From Octopus sinensis (lineage: Eukaryota): a stretch of DNA of 64,000 bases. Every line of letters begins with the position of its first letter. The first letter of the stretch is position 1. The position numbers and the translations under genes are program-made. Below the pieces are notes generated by a model. The model was not told the origin of the DNA, did no database searches, and saw only the letters and a list, made by a program, of their open reading frames with translations. This document shows positions 9,300 to 23,081 of this stretch, piece after piece. The stretch spans positions 158,100,001 to 158,164,000 of the forward strand of contig NC_042998.1 in NCBI RefSeq assembly GCF_006345805.1, read 5' to 3'.

Positions 9300-10500
9300 G
9301 AGAAAGTCTTTTAGAGAAGCATGTATGAGAAAACACCAATAAAAGGAAAAATCGTCGGTAGGATGAATCAGGGGAATCCCACAGGTGCCGGATTACACTT
9401 AATATCAAAGTCAAATGCTTTCTCTCGGCTATTGTTCTTCAACTTACAGACGAATGCTAAGAGTAAGCCTATTCACATAGGTCATAACCTCGACTTCCTT
9501 TTATCTTTCAGTAAATATACTAGAAAGGAAGTACAGCTCGTTACTCCCTGTTATCACTTTCCTCTTGAATTAAAGCATGAAGAAATTAGTAGAGGATTAG
9601 TCGAAGAGGAAAGGGAAGTATTTTTAGTTATGTTCAGCACAAAACCACTTTCGTCATTTCCACCAGAAATACGAAACAGTTTTCCTCTCAGCTACCAAAA
9701 TATCAGCAAACAAGCCCAGCTTGCTTACATAAAGTTCATCTGCCAGAACGTCAGAACGTCCTAAACTTCTCGATTTGACCTTTCAATAACCGTTTTGTAG
9801 ACACCATAACTTTGGGTGTTTTTGACGATAACTACCTAGCGACCTGGGGACGTTTAGCAAGCGACGCTGTTTCACAGCTTAGGATTAACGTGAATTTATA
9901 TAAGCTTGTTTTAGTGTAGCCACATTAGACGAAAAGGTGTAAAGGTGGTATCCTTTTTATTTGCGATAGCTGGGGTAATCCGGTTTCCAGAGATTTCCAA
10001 AGGTTCCTATCAGAATTTTGTGGATTACTTTCACTTTAAAATTCTTCACAACACCTGGAATCATATTCATCAAATTTTTGTGAACTGCTAGCATTTGTAT
10101 TATTCAAATATTTAGAGAATGTTGCTCTTGAGACAATCTCGCCGACACCATCATCTTGCATTGCAATATCTTTATCTTGGTCTACATACGCCATCACTTC
10201 AACAACCTTCATTTTTAGAGCTTTTGAATATTTATGTTGCTGTTTTTGTTTTTTATGGCTCGGAGTTTAGTACTAATTGTTTTGTGACTGTAATTGTGGT
10301 AGATTGGCGGGTTCTTTTATGCGTGATCCAATCTTCCAACTTTCAATGTTACACAACGTTTTGCCTTCATCATTCTGTTGAAATATGAACTTTCAAATGA
10401 CTCTAAAAATGACTCTTTTTCGCACTCGCATTCACTTCTGCAACAAAGTATGTAACAAAAGTTCAAAATCAAAACAAAGGGTTTTTTGCTTAGTCGTTGC
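9300..10500 (-). mobile_element. Possible heavily decayed hAT transposase relic
   Basis: Scattered minus-strand peptides: SYF(fs)QQNDEGKTLCNIESWK..KEPANL (BED-finger-like), LILSCET (like L..C.TRW) and LADELYVSKLGLFADI. No long ORF and no TIRs found. Confidence 0.3.
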
Positions 10501-10510
10501 CACACATGTA

Positions 10511-10585
<75 letters not shown>

Positions 10586-10590
10586 GTGAT
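10511..10590. repeat. (GAT)n microsatellite
   Basis: Read directly. Confidence 0.95.
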
Positions 10591-11099
10591 GATGTCTTTT
10601 GTTCTTTTTTATTATGATGATTTAATAATGATTATAATAATTTTGAAAGAAGAAACAATATGTCAAAAGAAGTTTTGGAAAATATATAAAATCTTCAAGC
10701 AAATGCATAATCAAAACGCCAGCATTAATAAACATGTTCAACATGCAGAAAATAACACAAGTTGACACATTGCAATGAAAAGATGCAATACCAAAATAAT
10801 ACATTGCATATAAGCAAGGTACACGAATGAGCAGTGCAAGTAAGCATTAAAAATAAGCAACAAGAAAATCAGTTGTTTGTTAATGATGATTATGATAATG
10901 ATGATGTTGGTGGCGGTGGTGATATGTAAGGCGATGGTGATGGCGATGTTGATAATGATGATGAACTTTGGATGAGATTGTAGAAGCAGTACCATTTACT
11001 TCTAAAAGACAGAAGCCAATGATTCAAGCATCATAGATTAATACAAATCTTTATTGTCAAAAATTTATCTATTTATTTAACTATTTATTCCTGCAGTTA

Positions 11100-11147
11100 C
11101 ACACGCACTCACACACACACACACCACACACACACACACACACATAC

Positions 11148-11226
<79 letters not shown>

Positions 11227-11557
11227 TACTCACAAGCAGACATGCGTACGTACATACATACATACATATATATATATATATATTCATACATACAAGCATA
11301 CATGCTCAAACACACACACACATGCATATATATATATGAATTACTCTAGCATCATATTTATTGCACCTTTGTCATTCCATATGAAAAGAAATGGCATTAC
11401 AATAATCAAAAAGTGCTCAAACAAATGTAAACAGACATTTCTTTGTAAATACTTAAAATTTTGCATTTATATAATCACTTGTATATTTGCTCGTGCAAAC
11501 ACACACACATTTGTGTATGTATATGTGTGTGTGTATGTATATATATGTATATATATA

Positions 11558-11611
<54 letters not shown>

Positions 11612-11618
11612 ATATATG

Positions 11619-11649
<31 letters not shown>

Positions 11650-11685
11650 GTATACATATATATATATGTATGTATGTATGTATAC

Positions 11686-11735
<50 letters not shown>

Positions 11736-11760
11736 ATACACACACATATATATAAATATG
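11100..11760. repeat. Two large compound (CA)n/(TA)n/(TATG)n microsatellites (11100-11335 and 11495-11760)
   Basis: Read directly. Source of many spurious YI/MYVC ORFs in the track. Confidence 0.95.
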
Positions 11761-13301
11761 ATATCCCCTGTTGTGAGTGTATGGTCAAAAATAAGGTCTA
11801 TTATTCTTAACTGTCAAATATCCGACTGTTTAAAAGCATATAACGATTGTTTTCATGAAGCTAGTTCATTTCTAAGACTACTATTATCTATAAACAATTC
11901 CATGGTAATTAAAGAGTAGTCGGGATCCCATGCGGAAGGAGACCATTATATACCGGCAATTCAACAGAGAGGAAAGAGATGGAGGGGGAATTGTGATTAT
12001 TGTCGTTGTTCATGTTATTGAAGATCAGAGGTGCATCTCTGAATACTTAGACCTATGCAGATCTTTCGCTGTAAGATCATATTCGACCCACGAATCTGTT
12101 ATTCCAGATATACTATAGTACCATCTAGTTAACCGTCATGCTGCGCAATTCAACATGCACCTATGATGGAGTCTGTTTCTGTACCCTTACTTCTTTTGCT
12201 GTTTAAGCTGAAGTCAAGCATATTCCAGCCATGACCAACAAGTCTTTATTCCAGGTGGAGTATCGAGGACTATGTTATATAATGTTTACCTTCTACTTTT
12301 AGAAACGGGAAGGGTATCATTTGAGGAAGATTTGGATATTATTCCGAGCCGGTTGACTGTTCTGTAGAGGTCTCTGTCGTCCGTTTGTATCTCTGATTGA
12401 GGGTGATTGAGAGTGATTTCTACAAGCGTAGAAATGGGCAAGGTGGACACAGTCAAATACATTTGTTTTTGTTCTTTATTGTTATTATACATCCTATTCC
12501 TGCACACAATGTTTTTTACATTGTAGCAGAAGCACAACTAGTATCATTTTTTTACCATTCGAGTACACAGAGCACTTGAAGAAATGCTTCTCTGCAACTA
12601 CTCGAAATTCCTGATTTGATCGTACGAAGATGAGGTAAAATAAAGGACACAGTCTTGCTGCTGTGTCGATTGAAATTACAACACAATAACTTACATTCAT
12701 TATAGACACTATATCCTGGATTTTCCAAAATAACAGAAAGCTTTAAAATTGAATTGTAAACTAAAATTCATAAAAGCATTAATGCCATTGATGTCATCAA
12801 GAGATTATAATGTTCTTGAGATGCTTCTAATATTCATTTCGAGCTGTTGTTAACTTTCACATTTTTTTTACGTTCCTTTTAAGGTGTTTTATATTTACGT
12901 TATTTTCTAATATTGTCCATTTACCATTAAAATAATGTAACTAAGAGGCCTGTTGAACAATATATAAAATAATAGATATATAGTAATATTATACGTAAAT
13001 ACTACGATGCAACTACGTGCATATTTATGTATTATAATATATTATATTACATTATACTATATTATATTATAGTATATATGACAGCCTCTTTCTTCCGGCT
13101 ATTTCATCATGCTGAAACGTTAATCCCTACACATTTTTGTCTTTCTGTTATTTTGTTTTTTTTTCGTTCTCTCTCCGCATTTTTTCTCTCTTAATCCTTT
13201 CTGTCGAAGAGCGTATGCTCGAAATGTCAAAGACTTTTCCATTCTTCCCGAGCGTTAATATAATACACCTGCTCGTTGCTCCTTCATTTTCGTCTTTGAA
13301 C

Positions 13302-13619
13302 AGTCGTTCTAATATGATGACAGTTGAAAATTCGAGTTTCTTGCTTACATGTGATTCTTTTTTTTTTTTTTCGAGATATTATGTTGTCTGAATGAAAACA
13401 TTATAGTAGAGATACATATCTTTGAGTTATAGAAATTGTAGTAAGCTCGTGCGAAGTTTCAATTTCATGTCTATAAAAAATAGCTATCATTATAACAATC
13501 ATCAAATGTGTATGAGAGGTGTTTAACAAGAAAAAGAAACTTTGTAATACATGTTGTTTTAAACACGTCTGATGACTTCTAAGAGCAAAAAGTTTTTTTG
13601 CTGCAGCCTTGAAGCCTAT
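13302..13619 (+). repeat. ~315-bp direct duplication, copy 1 (copy 2 at 15827-16140)
   Basis: agtcgttctaatatgatgacag...gcagccttgaagcctat occurs twice, with about 3 substitutions and a poly-T length difference. Confidence 0.95.
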
Positions 13620-13657
13620 ATTCATGAAAAAATAATGAAATAATGATTTAACTAAGC

Positions 13658-13762
<105 letters not shown>

Positions 13763-14379
13763 GAAAGGCAGTTAAATACAAGTAGGCTTAATGCATATGT
13801 TTACATGGACTACAAAATACGGAGTAAAGATGAAAGAAATATATTAGGCGAAACAAGTTATGTGATAGTCTTATCTTCGCACCTGCTTCAGGAGCACCAA
13901 GGCTCATACTGTAACCACGTTAATACGTCATAAGGACCCATGATGTCGAAGGTGTATATAACAACAAAAGTTTTCATGGAACCGTTACTCAAACCTGGTC
14001 ACCCTTATTGGAAAAAGATGGCACCTGATTTGCTGGTCTGCCTAACGTGTTATGTTATTATCGACACCTATGACAACATGTGTTTTCTTACATATGAACG
14101 TAGTTATGGTATAAGGGTAGTTCTCTCGAAACAACTCTCAAGATAACGCTATTACATAACACGTTTCATTTGTTTTATGTCTTCTTCTCCTACTCGGTAT
14201 TTTGTACTCCATGTAAATATATGCATTGAGCCGACTTGTATTTGTCTACCTTCCTTATTACAACTTCAAACGCCGGAGGCAGCAGAGCTGGTTGAAGAGG
14301 TTGGATTACATGCATATATCCTTTAAGCAATGCATCTAGAATAGCTTAAACATGCGAAAGAAGGTATTTTAAAAACCAT

Positions 14380-14475
14380 TATTTTTATTATTGTTGTTGT
14401 TGTTGCTTTATTATTATTATTATTAATATTATTATTATTATTATTATGATTATTATTATTATTATTATTATTATG

Positions 14476-14548
<73 letters not shown>

Positions 14549-14802
14549 ACTTGCTTTTATTATAAGATAATGTGCAAATGTATGCTTAAAGATATTTTGG
14601 GAAAGATTTTTTCGTGCTTATATATATATATATATGTATATGTATGTATACATATGTATGTACATATATGTATGTATGCGTATGAATGTATATGTATGTA
14701 TATATATATGTATATATATATATATATGTATGTAAATATATGTATATATATATGTATGTATATATATGTGTATATATATATATGTATATATATATGTATA
14801 TA

Positions 14803-14868
<66 letters not shown>
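14380..14868. repeat. (ATT)n (14380-14545) and (TA)/(TATG) compound (14615-14868) microsatellites
   Basis: Read directly. Confidence 0.95.
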
Positions 14869-14869
<1 letters not shown>

Positions 14870-15746
14870 AATAGCACGAAAATTAAAATTGACATCTGTT
14901 CACCTACTCACTACTCCTACGCTTTCTGAATTGTATGTTTTCTGATACTTGGTAATGATATTAGTGAATATGTGATTGCAACGATATTAGTGAAAATGTG
15001 ATTGCACTCGAGAATGAGAATGTAAATATTATTTATGTAGGCTGTGTAACGCATACAATTGAACAACATTCCAAAACAAAATAAATTACATGTATCTGCC
15101 ATCTCCAAAAATTGAGTAGGGGACGCATACTACTCTGATTTATGGCATTTTCTGGAAGAATAACTGTGAATATGACAAAGAATATATAAGTATAATAGCA
15201 AAGAAGATGGATATATCTCTTCTGGATTAAATGTGACGTGATGTAGTTTCTTAACACTCATGCTATTTAGCAGAGTTTGAAGGAACATGACGTTATTTTA
15301 AATATTCCATTTATTGAACATTAATAAATAAAATAAATAAAGCTTTTGAATGTTTTTGAATTGTGTTTTTTTTTCTTTTTTTGTTGCTAATATTTTATAT
15401 TGGACAGTAAGGTGAGTGATATGGTAAATTGTCAAAGTTATAAATTACAAATAACAGGAATAATCTCAGGCTTAGGACCTTGATTCAAAGTAATAATAAT
15501 CACCACAACACAGTTTTCTTTTTTAAGATTATTGAAAGGATTGAAACCTTTATGGATAGTAGATTACTATTACTGGTGCCATAATGCGGCGAACTAGCAG
15601 GCGATATTCTTTCTGTGCTTTTGCACACTGATTTCAAAACCTACCGTCATAAAACTATACCTTTTATCCTTTCCAGGATGATAAATAAAGTACAAGTCCA
15701 GTACCATCACAGCTTCTCCTCTCTCTCTTTGAACAGTGTATATATG

Positions 15747-15813
<67 letters not shown>

Positions 15814-15826
15814 TATATATATATAT

Positions 15827-16140
15827 AGTCGTTCTAATATGATGACAGTTGAAAATTCGAGATTCTTGCTTACATGTGGTTCTTTTTTTTTTCGAGATAT
15901 TATGTTGTCTGAATGAAAACATTATAGTAGAGAAACATATCTTTGAGTTATAGAAATTGTAGTAAGCTCGTGCGAAGTTTCAATTTCATGTCTATAAAAA
16001 ATAGCTATCATTATAACAATCATCAAATGTGTATGAGAGGTGTTTAACAAGAAAAAGAAACTTTGTAATACATGTTGTTTTAAACACGTCTGATGACTTC
16101 TAAGAGCAAAAAGTTTTTTTGCTGCAGCCTTGAAGCCTAT
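15827..16140 (+). repeat. ~315-bp direct duplication, copy 2
   Basis: See 13302-13619. Confidence 0.95.
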
Positions 16141-17234
16141 TTATCTCTCTATTTATCTCTCTCTTTCTCTTTCTCCGGATCAAATCGTCTTTGTTCACTT
16201 CTGGTGCAAGATAAGCTCCCCTGAAGAAACGCGACGTGTCATGACAGCACTTCTCCGAATCCCAGATATTTCGTTTTATTGATTTTCTCGGCTAAATCAG
16301 TACCGAGCAATATGATAAATTTTCTGGAAATAAAAGGTATGCCCTCTGAAAGCTGAATCCCATGGATGGTTTCTGTTCCTTATGAAAGCAATTTATTTTA
16401 TTAGCACTGTAAAAGTAATTCTTCGTGGTCGTTTCTTATACTGTAAATAACAGCCAAATTTCCCTCAAACGACACCCCATTCTCTTAGTCTTAGATACAC
16501 AATGATGTTATACAAAACAGGTTGTTTACGGCTGTAATGCCTTTGATTACAGATTCGCTTATTCATTGCTGAAGTAGGGTTACAAAACAAAACACTAACT
16601 GCAAATTCAGAGAAGACATCAAATCTCATTAACCTCTATGATAGGTGGTTGCTTGAGTTGCTTGAAATTATAGCCAAATATAAATGAAATCACGCTCTAC
16701 TGTTTCATCAAAGTTGACAATATAAAATGTCTTATACGCACTATATCTTAAAATGAGATGGGATAGTCGAGGCTTAAATGCCTTTGACCATGGTGATATA
16801 GGAATAGTCTATGCTTTGTATGTAAGTGAAAGATCAATATATCCAGACTCTTTTCCATTCTTGTTGTAAATATCACTCAGATATTTGATATAACTTGATT
16901 ATGTCAAATATCTCATAATCGATGGTAAATGGGGCTCCTTTCACACAACTTTATATTGGCGTCTATGGAAAAATTTGGTTCGCTGTCACTGAATACTTTC
17001 CCGATTTAGCCATAAGCTATAAAAGCGTTGATTTAAAATCTGAAGGATTAAATTCACAAATCTTTCAGTTCTTAACCCTGGAGCCTCTGCCTGGTTGCTT
17101 GATCTACTAGAAATAGCAACTTCATCTCATTCGAATTAGAACCTATAATAAATTCATAAGAATAAATTTTATAACGGGGACCTAAAGAAACCGACACCGG
17201 TTCTGAAGAGGTTCAGACAAACACAAGCACACAG

Positions 17235-17265
<31 letters not shown>

Positions 17266-17519
17266 CATACATACATACATACATACATACAACCATACAC
17301 ATGTACATATACATGTGCATATATACATACCCGCATACACGCACGCACACACACACACACGATGTACATATATACTTATCCGCACAAACGCACACACACA
17401 CGCGTGCACATACCCATACGCGCACAATTATATTCAAATACACGTTTAAAAACACACATGCTATACATATGCATATGCTCACTCACACTCGCGTGAAACA
17501 CATGCATGTACACCTACAT

Positions 17520-17875
17520 AAACGTAACAAATATTTAGCCATATATGGACATGATCTAAAAAGTTCAGTTCTTGAATTTAGACATGTAGCAAGGTCTAAG
17601 CTGCTTTTCCAGATGAGCCACCTTTCCATATCACAAGTACCTCACTTTCCACTGCCGTTGGTGTAAGGCTTACACTTGGCTAAGATCTTCCAATTGATGT
17701 TGTAACCGACACCTTTATTATTTAAGGACCATATATGATTGGATCATTTGGACGTTTTTCTTTTATCCCAGTACCTGAACTTCAAGGTGTGATTGTTGAA
17801 CCTGGCCTTAAAATTCCCCTCTGTGAGACCCACATATTTCTTTGACGAAACTGTCACGTTTTTTGATGTCCTGTA
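17520..17875 (-). mobile_element. Penelope-like element GIY-YIG endonuclease fragment
   Basis: Minus strand: TVSSKKYVGLTEGNFKARFNNHTLKFR..K*SNHIWSLNNKGVGYNINWKILAKCKPYTNGSGK*GTCDMERWLI..LNSRTELFRSCPY. Matches the PLE EN pattern YIG-TE--FK-R--NH..W.I..PY..C.LC..LN.R.E...C. Confidence 0.8.
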
Positions 17876-18112
17876 CCCATATATGCATGTATATATACAT
17901 ATATATGTAGGTATGTACATATATGTATGTATATATGCATATATTTATATATTATTTATATTTTCACGGGAACGTGAAACTCAGAGTAACAGGTTTTGTT
18001 GAATTTCTGCTGCTTTTAAATAAAGCATATTACTCTACCACTGGTATTTGAATACTCTTTTTTCCACCTTGTTTCACATTTATGTGTTTACTCCGGTATT
18101 ATATATATATAT

Positions 18113-18455
18113 ATAGGCGTAGGAGTGGATGTGTGGTAAGTAGCTTGCTTACGAACCACATTGCTCCGGGTTCACTCCCACTGCGTGGCACCTTGGGCAA
18201 GTGTCTTCTACTATAGCCCCGGGCCGACCAAAACCTTGTGAGTGGATTTGGTAGACGGAAACTGAAAGAAGTCCGTCGTATATATATATATATATACATA
18301 CATATATTTATGTGTGTGTGTGTGTGTGTGTGTGTTTGTGTATGTTTGTGTGTCTGTGTTTGTCCACCCAACATCGCTTAACAACCGATGCTAGTGTGTT
18401 TACGTCCCCGTAACTTAGTAGTTCGGCAAAAGAGTCCCATGGAATAAGTACTCCA
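18113..18455 (+). mobile_element. CORE-like tRNA-derived SINE, family B
   Basis: Head ggcgtaggagtggatgtgtggtaag..ccgggttcactcccactgcgtggcaccttgggcaagtgtc, internal (TA)n(TG)n, and tail tgtcc..acgtccccgtaacttag..gttcggcaaaag. Confidence 0.85.
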
Positions 18456-18468
18456 AAAAGGAGAATTA

Positions 18469-18678
18469 CAAGTGTCACTAAATGCGACTAGGTATTAGGA
18501 AATACCTACAGTGCTAGTAATAAGAGCTAAACCGGTCTAATGCTGTAGTTAACGCACATGAATGAAAACATATGCACTAACAGGGACCATTTTCGTACGA
18601 AAAGTAACAATCGGTTTAGCTCTCATTTCTAGCAATGTAGTTGTTTCCTAACACCCTAGTCGCATTTAGTGACACTTG
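18469..18678. mobile_element. 210-bp MITE with ~65-bp TIRs and TA TSD (Tc1/mariner-type)
   Basis: ta|caagtgtcactaaatgcgactagg...ctagtcgcatttagtgacacttg|ta. The arms extend through gagctaaaccg/cggtttagctc. A further partial right-TIR copy at ~18980-19026 is split by the following SINE. Confidence 0.8.
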
Positions 18679-19019
18679 TAACTTTTCTTTTTGATGAAAC
18701 ATTGCAAATTTCTGTTTGTATTAATTGCATTAGTAAATCGCTAAATCACTCAATTATTTGGATGACAAAAAGCATAGATACTAAAGGCGAAGTGAGCCCG
18801 GAAAGAGCCGAAGTCGAGCTGTCTAAACTAATGAGGCAACGGAAATTGCCGGAACTGACGCGTCCAATGTTAAGAATTCTCGATCAGCACTTTTCGAACC
18901 ATTTGATCCTTGTTACATATTATATGTTATGTGATAAGTGTTTTCCTTCTTGTAAGTTAACACATCATTAGAGCACTTTAGTCCTTATTTCTAACAATGT
19001 GGGCGTTTCCTAATACCTA

Positions 19020-19447
19020 AGTCGCATGGCTGTGAGGTAAGAAGCTTGCTTCCAACCACATGGTACCAGGTTCAGTCCCACTGCGCGGCACCTTCGGCAA
19101 ATGTCTTCTAATGTAGGCTTGGGCCGACGAAAGACTTGTGACAGAAACTGAAAGAAGTCCATCGTATATGAGCGTGTGTGTGTGTTTGCGCACGTGTGTG
19201 TGTGTGCGTATGAGAGTGTATGTGTGTACCTGTATGTATATATCAGTGTCTGTTAGACCCCCACCATTGATTGTCAACCAATGTTGGTGTGTTTACGTCC
19301 CCGTAACTTAACGGTTGGGCAAAAGAAACCGATAGAATAAGTACAAGGCTTACAAAGAATGTCAAGGGGCCGATTTCTTCGACTAAAAGACGGTGCTCCA
19401 GCATGACCACAGTCAAAATGACTGAAACAAGTAAAGGAATAAAAGAA
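19020..19447 (+). mobile_element. SINE family B copy
   Basis: Same head, internal microsatellite and tail (gcggtgctccagcatg..gactgaaacaagtaaagg). Confidence 0.85.
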
Positions 19448-19713
19448 TATATATATATATATATAGTGAATGTCTTGTTAGAACACCAAACACTGCACCA
19501 TTAGGTGCTTGGTTATAGGCGCTTGGTGCATAAATGTCCACACATAAATGTTAGCAGACGAGAGTCGTCTTTCGTGATTTCATTCTATAGGAAACCATCA
19601 GTGAGAGGTGTCCGGTCACCGTAATCCAGTCAAGCTGCTACTATATATAGAATATCGGCATCTTTTCAAACACTAATGTGTCCTTTTGGTATTGATACTG
19701 CTTCTGTCGCTAG

Positions 19714-19749
<36 letters not shown>

Positions 19750-19756
<7 letters not shown>

Positions 19757-20581
19757 AAAATTGAGGGAGATAAATTAATATTAATTTTAATATCAATTTA
19801 AAACCAGTAGTCCAGCATTCAAAAAATCTGAGGAGTCAGAGAAAATTCAAATATATGTGTATATTGGCAGGGCTGGCCTGCTAGGTAGCCGGCCAGAATG
19901 CTAGAAGAAGATCATCAACGATCAAACTACAAGGGAAATTCTCTAGAGGAAGAATTCAGCGAACACCAGAACCAACTTTGGCGGGCAGGACATATGAAAA
20001 ATTAAATAAATAACAGACTTAAATGCATACCTCGGTTTCGGTCTTAACAAAAGAATTACTTGATGATCTTCTTCTAGCATACTTGATGATCTTCTTCTAG
20101 CATCCCTGCCAATATACACATATATTTGAATTTTCTCTGACTCCTCAGATTTTTTGAATGCTGGACTACTGGTTTTAAATTGATATTAAAATTAATATTA
20201 ATTTATCTCCCTCAATTTTTAAATATTTAAATAAATACGTTCCCTAGTTGTAAGCACTACCCGCAGTGAATTATTCACTGCAGCCCTTCGCTTCAGGAGT
20301 CTCTCAGCACGCCAGAACCAAGACATTTGAAATTTTATTCCCGATGTAATCAGTAAGACTAAGCACGTGTCTGTCTTGACACAGAGAGCTGGGGTTAGTC
20401 TTTCAGTTTGCATCTCGAGGACCGAATGTACTGATGAAGTCACGGACACTTGAATTATGCAAGTAATTCTTTTGTTAAGACCGAGGTATGCATTTAAGTC
20501 TGTTATTTATTTAATTTTTCATATGTCCTGCCCGCCAAAGTTGGTTCTGGTGTTCGCTGAATTCTTCCTCTAGAGAATTTC

Positions 20582-20585
<4 letters not shown>
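19750..20585. repeat. Module of interleaved inverted repeats (A/A', B/B'B', C/C') between two (TA)n tracts
   Basis: A 19750-19872 = rc 20104-20226. B 19898-19918 = rc 20060-20080 and 20083-20103. C 19931-20062 = rc 20460-20585 apart from a 6-nt indel. Confidence 0.95.
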
Positions 20586-20612
<27 letters not shown>

Positions 20613-20624
20613 CAAACACACATA

Positions 20625-20825
20625 TTGGGGACAAACACAGACACGTACAAATGTATACATAAGAAGACAGCTTCTTTCAGTTTCCGTCTAAATTCACTGA
20701 CAGGGCCTTATTTGGCCTGAGGCTATTATAGAAGACACTTGCCCAAGGTGCCACCTAGCTGAACTGAACCCGGAACCATGTGATTGAAAGCAAGAAGATT
20801 CTTACCACACAGTCACTCCTACTCC
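20625..20825 (-). mobile_element. SINE family B, head half
   Basis: gaagacacttgcccaaggtgccac..gaacccggaaccatgtg..accacacagtcactcct. Confidence 0.8.
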
Positions 20826-20829
20826 TACA

Positions 20830-20897
<68 letters not shown>

Positions 20898-21704
20898 GGA
20901 TTCTCTTGCTGTGAACGACAAATGAGGGTTTCGTAAAATATAGCGGTAATCATGCTCTATTGATACGTATATGTCTCTTGGGGCCTCCTGATACTTTGCA
21001 AGCCTTTTGGCAATGGTTTTAAAATAATGGTAGGATTTCCATGAATATTTTTAGCTTTGCTTAAATGTACGAACTTAACCATCATAATGTAACTTACTAA
21101 TTATCGTAAACGCCTTGAGAAATATATCAGGAGAGTAGGTCACTGTTCAATAAGTTGTGTCTAACTTAAGATTGATTCGTAAACCATATTATTCTTTGAG
21201 GAAATTAATACTTATATGTCTCACGCATGTATTTGCGATGTATAGAAACAGCTTTTTTGTTTCGCTTCCAAATCGGATATATGTTCCAAATCGGATACAG
21301 TGAAGACCAACTCTTGAGAATTTAGGGGAAAGTGTCTCTAAAGAAACGCTGCGAAACCAGACAGTAGTTGACATGAATGAAACATGATGCTTGCTGCGGA
21401 GAGATGTTTTTCCCAATACGAGGGAATAGACAATATATAGTTAAGCCACATGCTGATGGATATAACCCGCTGCCGAAGAGAGGCTGTAGTTCAGCACATC
21501 GTAGATTAATCGAATCGGTCAGTTGCAACAATGAAAAACTTCACAAAATTCTAAATACTAATGTAAACATTTTTGTTCATATAGCTGCTAGATCTACTCC
21601 ATCTAATCTAACTATCAATCGAGGATCAGAAATTCTAAAACAAATCTGTGGTTTTAATCGAAAAAAAATCTTTAAACTTTTTTTTTTTTGCTATCTAATG
21701 AAAC

Positions 21705-21915
21705 TTTCTACTATAGGCACAAGGCCTGAGTTTCATGTGAGGCGGCTAGTCGAATGTAACGAGCACAATAATTAACAGGTACCTAATTCTACCAGCCCAG
21801 ATAAGGTGAAAAGCAAAGTCGACCTCGGTAGCATTTGAACACAGAATGTAAAGAGACGAGAGAAATGCGGCTAAGCACTTCGTTCTACGCGTAACGACTG
21901 TATCAGCTCGCCATC
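21705..21915 (-). mobile_element. SINE family A copy
   Basis: ctactataggcacaaggcctg..gcaaagtcgacctcgg..gaaatgcggctaagca..cagctcgcc. Confidence 0.75.
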
Positions 21916-23081
21916 TTTCGTTTATCTCATAATACATATTGATTTGTAGTTGAGAAAAACATAAGGTAAAGCTCAAACAAAGACTTAGTGGTTTACATTG
22001 GTAAAAACCATTCAATACAGATAGTATATTCGGATGAGTTGCTATGCTGTGAAAAGACAAAAATGTTATTTCGCGCACATCTGTGAGAAAAACTATTTGA
22101 AAATTAGACATACTTACAGAGCGGTTTGGTTGTCTTAAAGTTTACCCAAGGATGATAAACAATAAAAAAGACCGCTTTCATAGTGATTCCCACCATACAC
22201 TTCTAAATTCAAAAGTAGCCTGTTTTCTTTTTTTTTTCCTGTAATTTTTATTATTGTTCCCTACGCGCAAATTAGTCATCGGAACAAGTGTTGATAAAAA
22301 AATATATTCCGTCATTGTTGTAATCGTCGTCATCATTGTTAGCAGACACTTTTTCTAGTTATGATAAACACCATTAGTGTTCCGATTCAGTTCATCTGAA
22401 TCATTCCGGCAAGACTACATTATGCAGCTAAATGCCAGTTGCTGCTCAACTGAACGTAAATTCAGACACAAACTGGAAAAAAACTTCCTTCTTGACAAAT
22501 AACGATAAATGATTTAGTCTATAGAATACTGAATAAACAGAAGAAGATTAGTGATCTATCAGCATTTTACATTTGCTCAGGCAGTAAAAAAATTACGCTC
22601 TGGACTAGTTAATTTTCAAATATATTGCAGTTGGTATTTTTGGTCAACGCCAGATCTCTCTGATACATAAAGCTATAATTAGAAGCATTCCACTCATGAC
22701 CATCTTGCATTATTTTCAGAAAATGTATCTAAGTGTATATTACCCAATGTGTTTTTATTATAAACAGATTTTCATATCAGTACGTCTTTACTCATGTCTT
22801 TTACGACATAGTGTAATGTAAAATTAACTGCCATTGTGAATTACGTATATAAGGTAAGGGGAAAGTCGAAATTGTTTCTAATTGCTTGTTCTCTTTAACA
22901 AGAAAGTTACTTTACGACAGCTCAGAACTCACAGTGTATTTACTTCAATTATATAATGCCAATATTTGTACCTGTAACACACTCATGTAAATTTATTGCT
23001 CGATTTTCCTTTCAAATGAAAAATGCTCAAGATGTTCATAATTAAAAAAAAGTATATATAGCATTATATAAATGCATAAAA

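Noticed and set aside
9338-9343. AATAAA as the ABHD8 polyadenylation signal
   Set aside because: The hexamer is frequent in such AT-rich DNA and cannot be assigned without 3'-end data.
9321-9764. 147-aa + strand ORF as a gene
   Set aside because: No recognisable motif or splice support. Likely the antisense shadow of a decayed element.
12290-12419. Minus-strand exon candidate with good AG/GT, phase-compatible with the 27.8 kb exon and an acceptor at 10438
   Set aside because: It overlaps a dispersed repeat (cattccagccatgacc..tttgaggaagatttgg) with related copies at ~16440-16800 and ~22680. A four-exon model is therefore not supportable. A weaker candidate at 12556-12660 is also unconfirmed.
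13195-13240. Hammerhead-like gaagagcgtatgctcgaaa
   Set aside because: The core is not CUGANGA (tcgaaga) and no stem I or III could be built. At best a degenerate PLE-tail motif.
20432-20460. CTGATGA followed by a gtc-acg-gac hairpin
   Set aside because: No GAAA follows, so it is not a complete hammerhead. CTGAAGA at ~16222 and ~42590 fails the same test.
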